Source: Moraxella nasicaprae (lineage in GTDB: Bacteria > Pseudomonadota > Gammaproteobacteria > Pseudomonadales > Moraxellaceae). From it: DNA of 32,000 nucleotides. A program made the position numbers and the translations under genes. This document shows positions 26,963 through 32,000 of the stretch, piece after piece. The first letter of the stretch is position 1; each line of letters begins with the position of its first letter. The notes under the pieces were generated by a model. That model was not told the DNA's origin, made no database searches, and worked only from the letters and a program-made list of their open reading frames with translations. The stretch is taken from assembly GCF_025643275.1 (NCBI RefSeq), contig NZ_CP089977.1, positions 150,001-182,000 of the forward strand, given 5' to 3'.

Positions 26963-29149
26963 TTACTGCCCAAGCGTTTGCCACAAAAACTCATAGGCAA
27001 GTGCCGACATATAGGCTCTTTGTTCGTTGTTGGCAGCCCCACCGTGTCCGCCTTCAATATTTTCATAATAGTAGGCGACTTTGCCAGCTTCGCTTAGTTT
27101 TGCCATCATCTTTCTGGCGTGGGCAGGGTGCACCCTGTCATCTCTGGTGGAGGTGGTCAAAAGCACGGGCGGATAGGCTTTTTTATCATCAAACAAATGA
27201 TAAGGCGAAAAGCTCTTAATATACGCCCACTCGTCCGCCTTATCAGGGTCGCCATATTCTGCCACCCACGATGCCCCAGCCAAAAGCTTGTGATAACGGC
27301 TCATATCAAGCAGTGGCACTTGAATGACCACCGCCCCAAACAAATCAGGGTACTGGGTCAGCATATTGCCCGTCAAAAGCCCACCATTAGAACCACCTTG
27401 CACGCCCAAGCGTTTTGGGCTGGTGATGTTTTTGGCAATCAAATCTTTGGCGACAGCAGAAAAATCTTCATAAGCCTTATGGCGTTTATCCTTTAAGGCG
27501 GCTTGATGCCAAGCTGGACCGTACTCGCCGCCACCACGAATATTGGCAAGCACATAAACGCCGTGTTTACCGTTTTTGGTCGTCTTAGACAGCCACGCAT
27601 TGCCCACACCGCCTGAATAACTGGGCGTTAAAGATACTTCAAAACCACCATAGCCATACAGCAGTGTTGGATTGTCGCCATCTTTTTTCATATCCTTATG
27701 GTGTACCAAAAAGTAAGGCACTTTGGTGCCATCAAGGCTTGTGGCAAAGTGCTGTTCCACCACAAAATCCTCTTCTTTAAAGAAACTGGGTGTGGATTTT
27801 AATTTGGTTAAGGTGCTGTTTTTAACATCAAACAAATGTAAACTCACAGGTGTGGTAAAACCACTCACCGTCAGCCAAAGCTCATCGGAAGTCTTATCGT
27901 CCACCGCCGACACATCAAGTTTGCCATTTTGGGGTAAGCCCTTGACAGCCACAGACGAAAAATCCTTGATGGATAAGACTTTGAGTACACTTTTGACATC
28001 GTCCAAAACATTAAGCACCACATAGTTTTTTGTCCAAGACACATTCTCCAAAGAAGTGCTATCGGTTGGCTCAAACAGCACGGTGATGTTTTGTTTGCCA
28101 TTTTGCCAATCGTTTAGGTTTGCTACCAAATAAGAGCCTGCCTTATAAGTTTTGCCCCCTATTGTCCAATCTTCTTTTGGCGATAGGGTCAAAAATTCTT
28201 TGTAAACGCCCTTATCCATCAAAAGTGGCAAGTCTTTGACTTCGTCCAAGGTGTTTGTTTTTGGATTGTGGATAAATAGTTTGGTATTATAAAAATCAAT
28301 GGCATCAACGACATAGCCAAGCCCTGTTGTCTCATCAAAACCTGCACTGACCGCAGTATGGCTTTTGTTGGCGGTGTAGATGGTCTTAGCAGACTCAATG
28401 GGCGTGCCTCGCTTCCAAAGTTTGACGGTATTGGCATAGCCTGAGTTGGTTTGTTCGTGTTCGCTGGCATTGGTCAAATACAGCAAATTCTCATCAATCC
28501 AGCTGGTACCACCTTTGGCTTCTGGACGATAAAAGCCTTCTTTGACAAAGGATTTTGTGGTTAAGTCAAATTCACGGCTGACATCAGCGTCCGCACCGCC
28601 ACGAGACAAGGAAATGATACATTTGTTATAATCGCTTTCTAGGCAGTCGGCACCGTGCCAAACCCAGTTTTCGCCTTCTTTAGCGTTTAATTCATCAAGG
28701 TCAAGCAAAACCTCCCATTTTGGATTGGGCTTTTTAAATTCTGCCAAAGTCGTTCTACGCCAAATGCCGTGTTTGTGCTTATCATCTGTCCAAAAGTTGT
28801 AATAAAACTCGCCTCGTTTGCCAACATAAGGGATTTTTTCGTTGGAGTTTAGGATTTTTAAAATGCTTTGTTCAATATCCCTAAATCTTGGTGTTGTGGC
28901 AAGGGCTTGGTCGGCTTTATCATTGTGAGCTTTAACCCACGCCAGCTGTTTTTCGCCTGTTACTTCTTCAAGCCAAAGATGAGGGTCTGTTTGGTTGGCA
29001 ATGGTGGCAGTCTGAGTTTTTGGTGTTGTCATTATGTTTTCCTGTGCCGTTTTTTGGTTGGGTTTTGTTGTATTTAGCGGCTGCGTGCTGTGGCAAGCAG
29101 TCAATACCGAAAGCGTCAAAACACTCAATGCAATCTTTTTCATCGTCAT
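26963..29149 (-). CDS. Prolyl oligopeptidase family serine peptidase (S9A), predicted lipoprotein
   Basis: Lipobox LSVLTAC. N-terminal beta-propeller region. Catalytic GGSNGGLL serine. C-terminal TSTRDDRVHPAHARKM supplies the Asp and His. Confidence 0.9.
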   Translation of the reverse strand: MTMKKIALSVLTLSVLTACHSTQPLNTTKPNQKTAQENIMTTPKTQTATIANQTDPHLWLEEVTGEKQLAWVKAHNDKADQALATTPRFRDIEQSILKILNSNEKIPYVGKRGEFYYNFWTDDKHKHGIWRRTTLAEFKKPNPKWEVLLDLDELNAKEGENWVWHGADCLESDYNKCIISLSRGGADADVSREFDLTTKSFVKEGFYRPEAKGGTSWIDENLLYLTNASEHEQTNSGYANTVKLWKRGTPIESAKTIYTANKSHTAVSAGFDETTGLGYVVDAIDFYNTKLFIHNPKTNTLDEVKDLPLLMDKGVYKEFLTLSPKEDWTIGGKTYKAGSYLVANLNDWQNGKQNITVLFEPTDSTSLENVSWTKNYVVLNVLDDVKSVLKVLSIKDFSSVAVKGLPQNGKLDVSAVDDKTSDELWLTVSGFTTPVSLHLFDVKNSTLTKLKSTPSFFKEEDFVVEQHFATSLDGTKVPYFLVHHKDMKKDGDNPTLLYGYGGFEVSLTPSYSGGVGNAWLSKTTKNGKHGVYVLANIRGGGEYGPAWHQAALKDKRHKAYEDFSAVAKDLIAKNITSPKRLGVQGGSNGGLLTGNMLTQYPDLFGAVVIQVPLLDMSRYHKLLAGASWVAEYGDPDKADEWAYIKSFSPYHLFDDKKAYPPVLLTTSTRDDRVHPAHARKMMAKLSEAGKVAYYYENIEGGHGGAANNEQRAYMSALAYEFLWQTLGQ

Positions 29150-29207
29150 TCCAAGAAAAAACCAAAAGAAGTAACCGCCTAAAAATATTTAAGCGGTAAA
29201 ATATCAT

Positions 29208-29837
29208 TTATTGAATAATGCTCACGCCAGTCTTGCCCTGCACTTCCTCAAAACTTACCCCATCGGCAAGTTCTACAAGTTTTAGCCCATCTTTGGTAAC
29301 ATCTAGCACACACAAGTCTGTGATAATCCGATGTACCACTTTTTTGCCTGTTAAAGGCAAATCGCATTCTGGCTTGATTTTAAAGCTACCATCTTTGGCG
29401 GTGTGTTCCATCAGCACAATGACCCTTTGCACGCCTGCCACCAAATCCATCGCACCGCCCATTCCTTTGACCATTTTGTTTGGAATCATCCAGTTGGCAA
29501 GGTCGCCAAATTCAGACACTTCCATCGCCCCCAAAATCGCCAAATTCACCTTACCACCACGAATCATCGCAAACGACTGCGATGAGCTAAAAAAGCTTGC
29601 TCCCTTTTGGGCGGTTACGGTCTGCTTGCCTGCGTTAATCAAGTCTGGGTCAATGGTCTCTTCTGTGGGAAACTCGCCAATGCCAAGTAGCCCATTTTCG
29701 GATTGGAGCATGACGCTCACCCCATCAGGAATATAATTGGCAACCAAAGTCGGCAAGCCAATGCCCAAATTGACATAATAACCATCTTGTAGTTCTTTGG
29801 CGGCTCTTTGTGCCATTTGTTCTCTTGTCCACGCCAT
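29208..29837 (-). CDS. scoB: 3-oxoacid CoA-transferase subunit B
   Basis: Starts [30 protein letters not shown]. The SENGLLG motif carries the catalytic Glu. The track ORF (to 29960) over-extends into scoA. Confidence 0.93.
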   Translation of the reverse strand: MAWTREQMAQRAAKELQDGYYVNLGIGLPTLVANYIPDGVSVMLQSENGLLGIGEFPTEETIDPDLINAGKQTVTAQKGASFFSSSQSFAMIRGGKVNLAILGAMEVSEFGDLANWMIPNKMVKGMGGAMDLVAGVQRVIVLMEHTAKDGSFKIKPECDLPLTGKKVVHRIITDLCVLDVTKDGLKLVELADGVSFEEVQGKTGVSIIQ

Positions 29838-29838
29838 T

Positions 29839-30537
29839 TTATGCCCCCTTAATCGTTCTTTGTTCAATGCGTTTTTGTGGGTTTTTATTGACCACAATAC
29901 GGTGTACATAAATCCCTGACAAATGAATGTTATCAGGGTCAAGCTCGCCAATCTCCACAAGCTCTTCTACTTCCACCACGCAAATTTTGCCAGCCGTTGC
30001 CACATCTGGGTTAAAGTTTCTGGCGGTTTTGTTAAAAATCAAATTGCCTGCCTTATCCGCCTTGTACGCCTTAACCAGCGAGACATCAGCCGTCAAAGAC
30101 CGCTCCATCAAATATTCTACGCCGTCAAATTCACGCACTTCTTTGCCTTCGGCAACCTTTGTGCCAACGCCTGTTTTGGTAAAAAAGGCAGGAATACCAG
30201 CACCGCCAGCACGAAGTTTTTCCGCCAGCGTGCCTTGTGGGGTCAGCTCCACTTCCAGCTCGCCTGATAAAAACTGGCGTTCAAATTCTTTGTTTTCGCC
30301 CACATAAGAGGCAATCATTTTTTTGACTTGGCGAGTTTGTAATAGCAGTCCAAGCCCAAAATCGTCCACGCCTGCATTGTTACTAATACAAGTCAAACCC
30401 TTCACGCCACTATCACGCAAGGCATCAATCAAGGCTTCTGGAATACCGCACAAGCCAAAACCGCCCACCGCAATGGTTTGATTGTCCGCCACAATGTCCG
30501 CTAGGGCAACTGTCGCATTTTCATAAACTTTTGACAT
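29839..30537 (-). CDS. scoA: 3-oxoacid CoA-transferase subunit A
   Basis: Starts [37 protein letters not shown]. The ATG at 30537 has an aagga 7 nt upstream. Its stop lies 1 nt before the scoB ATG. Confidence 0.93.
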   Translation of the reverse strand: MSKVYENATVALADIVADNQTIAVGGFGLCGIPEALIDALRDSGVKGLTCISNNAGVDDFGLGLLLQTRQVKKMIASYVGENKEFERQFLSGELEVELTPQGTLAEKLRAGGAGIPAFFTKTGVGTKVAEGKEVREFDGVEYLMERSLTADVSLVKAYKADKAGNLIFNKTARNFNPDVATAGKICVVEVEELVEIGELDPDNIHLSGIYVHRIVVNKNPQKRIEQRTIKGA

Positions 30538-30573
30538 TAACAATTCCTTTTTTGTGAGAAAATACAGTCCTTT

Positions 30574-30602
30574 ATACTAATCCGATACGCCCGACTTTGC
30601 AA
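30574..30602 (-). promoter_or_regulatory. Candidate sigma70 promoter of scoAB
   Basis: The minus strand has TTGCAA (30597-30602), a 17-nt spacer, then TAGTAT (30574-30579). Confidence 0.45.
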
Positions 30603-30693
30603 GCAGGATTTTTGTACAATTTATCGGAAAATTGGATAACTTGTTTCCAAAAACCATCAAACTAACGCCCTCAAACACCGCCATCAAATGATA

Positions 30694-30730
30694 AAAGCCG
30701 AACCGCTTATCTTAGAAACGGTTCGGCTTT
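30694..30730 (-). terminator. Rho-independent terminator of xthA
   Basis: A 12-bp stem, aaagccgaaccg (30694-30705) with cggttcggcttt (30719-30730). On the minus strand it is followed by tatcattt. Confidence 0.7.
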
Positions 30731-30746
30731 ACCAATCAATCAACAC

Positions 30747-31565
30747 CTATGCCAGCTGAAAACTCGCCCAAATCGGTGCATGGTCAGATGGTTTTTCCAT
30801 CGCACGAATCTGATAGCTAATGCCTGCTGACTGGCATAAATCCGCCAACTTTGGGCTGCATAAAATGTGGTCGATACGAAGACCTCGTTTTGGTTCATCT
30901 TCAAAACCACGAGAACGGTAGTCAAACCAGCTAAATTCATCATCACGCTGCCCGTGCAGATGACGATAAGTATCAACCAGCCCTGTTGCCAACAATGCTT
31001 GATACCACTCTCGCTCTTCTGGCAAGAATGAACACACACCTTTGGATAGCCAGCGTTTGGCATTGACCTCGCCAATCCCCACATCGCAATCCTCTGGCGA
31101 AATATTCATGTCGCCCATCACAATCAGCGTGCGATTTTCCTGATGAAGTGTCGTAATATAACGATTTAGGTCAGCATAAAATGCCTGCTTCATCGGAAAT
31201 TTAGTCTCATGACTTCTGTTTTCGCCCTGCGGAAAATAGCCATTGATGACATCAATCTCCTGCCCATCAATCACATATCGAGCATGAATTAAGCGTCTTT
31301 GGGCATCTTCATCGCCAAAAGGAAAGCCCTTTTGCACAAAAATTGGTGCCATCTTAGAAACCAACGCCACCCCGTAATGGGATTTTTGCCCAAAAAACTC
31401 CACATGATAGCCCAAATCTTGCACCATCTGCACAGGAAAAGCCTCGTCATGCACTTTGGTTTCTTGCAGACCAATGACATCAGCATCTAATATTTGTTTG
31501 ACCGCTTCTAGCTGATGCGGTCTGGCACGCAGCCCATTGATATTAAAACTAACAAAAGTCGCCAT
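30747..31565 (-). CDS. xthA: Exodeoxyribonuclease III
   Basis: [28 protein letters not shown] and [10 protein letters not shown] are hallmarks of the EEP-family AP endonuclease. Confidence 0.95.
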   Translation of the reverse strand: MATFVSFNINGLRARPHQLEAVKQILDADVIGLQETKVHDEAFPVQMVQDLGYHVEFFGQKSHYGVALVSKMAPIFVQKGFPFGDEDAQRRLIHARYVIDGQEIDVINGYFPQGENRSHETKFPMKQAFYADLNRYITTLHQENRTLIVMGDMNISPEDCDVGIGEVNAKRWLSKGVCSFLPEEREWYQALLATGLVDTYRHLHGQRDDEFSWFDYRSRGFEDEPKRGLRIDHILCSPKLADLCQSAGISYQIRAMEKPSDHAPIWASFQLA

Positions 31566-31722
31566 AAATATTCATTCCAAAATAAACCAACTATAACAAG
31601 ATTACCAGCGATAATCAAGATACGCCAAAAGCGTCTTTGTGGCATTTTGTGCATAAAATGATTGAAAAATCAGGTTGTGCCAATTAGAATGAGTATCATC
31701 TGACCATCTTTTGGAAAAAATC

Positions 31723-32000
31723 ATGGCAATCTTTGAAAAAATTTACAAAGTCTATATCAATCACACCGACGCTGGCGGTATTGTTTATCACGCCAATCAT
31801 CTGACTTTTTTTGAAAATTGCCGAAGAGATTGGCTAACCACGCTAGGATTTGATGGTTATTTTTTTAACCTTGATGACACATCGCAAGCCAAACACGGTT
31901 TATCGGGTGCGGTTCATTTTGTCGTCAGTGAAGCCAATCTAAAATATCGAACACCCTTATTGGTTGATGACGAACTGTCTGTTCGCATTGATGAGGTCAT
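31723..32000 (+). CDS. YbgC/FadM-type acyl-CoA thioesterase (hotdog fold); the 3' end lies outside the window
   Basis: Hand translation from the ATG at 31723: MAIFEKIYKVYINHTDAGGIVYHANHLTFFENCRRDWLTTLGFDG...VHFVVSEANLKYRTPLLVDDELSVRIDEV. The Y...D.GG.VYHANYL pattern is typical of 4HBT thioesterases. It is absent from the track because no stop falls within the window. Confidence 0.75.
   Translation, partial: MAIFEKIYKVYINHTDAGGIVYHANHLTFFENCRRDWLTTLGFDGYFFNLDDTSQAKHGLSGAVHFVVSEANLKYRTPLLVDDELSVRIDEV

Noticed and set aside
29838-29960. A 5' extension of the scoB ORF ([16 protein letters not shown]...) that overlaps the scoA 3' end.
   Set aside because: It is out of frame within scoA coding sequence. 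The ScoB homology begins at MAWTREQM (ATG at 29837), immediately after the scoA stop.

Overview
This 32-kb chromosomal window has about 45% G+C. It looks gammaproteobacterial, probably Moraxellaceae (Moraxella, Psychrobacter or Acinetobacter-like), but that is inferred from protein motifs and codon usage, not a search. Most genes are housekeeping: a SIMPL/YggE-like protein (5' partial), an L,D-transpeptidase, PutA, GTP-dependent PEP carboxykinase, a PBP7/8-type D-Ala-D-Ala endopeptidase, a GacA/UvrY response regulator, a gpmI-ctpA pair, thiolase, an S9 prolyl oligopeptidase lipoprotein, ScoA/ScoB CoA-transferase, exonuclease III, and a YbgC-type thioesterase (3' partial). The dominant feature is a 9.8-kb gene (14450-24235, minus strand) for a 3261-aa trimeric autotransporter adhesin. 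Its stalk is a mosaic of repeated modules. It contains two copies of a 2404-bp block that appear letter-identical and sit exactly 3552 nt apart, in frame. A third 353-bp copy of one module is also present. Two small accessory scars flank core genes. The first is an islet of about 0.9 kb at roughly 20% G+C, carrying only tiny ORFs plus an orphan 3' gene fragment, between the adhesin and the thiolase. The second is a decayed region of about 0.9 kb between the L,D-transpeptidase and putA, with a DUF5710-like motif broken by a stop codon and an A7 frameshift. I see no CRISPR array, tRNA or rRNA, intact IS element, or recognisable defence operon. The most interesting signals are the adhesin's recombination-ready architecture and the unassignable AT-rich islet. 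All calls come from reading the sequence and remembered family motifs; no database search was possible.
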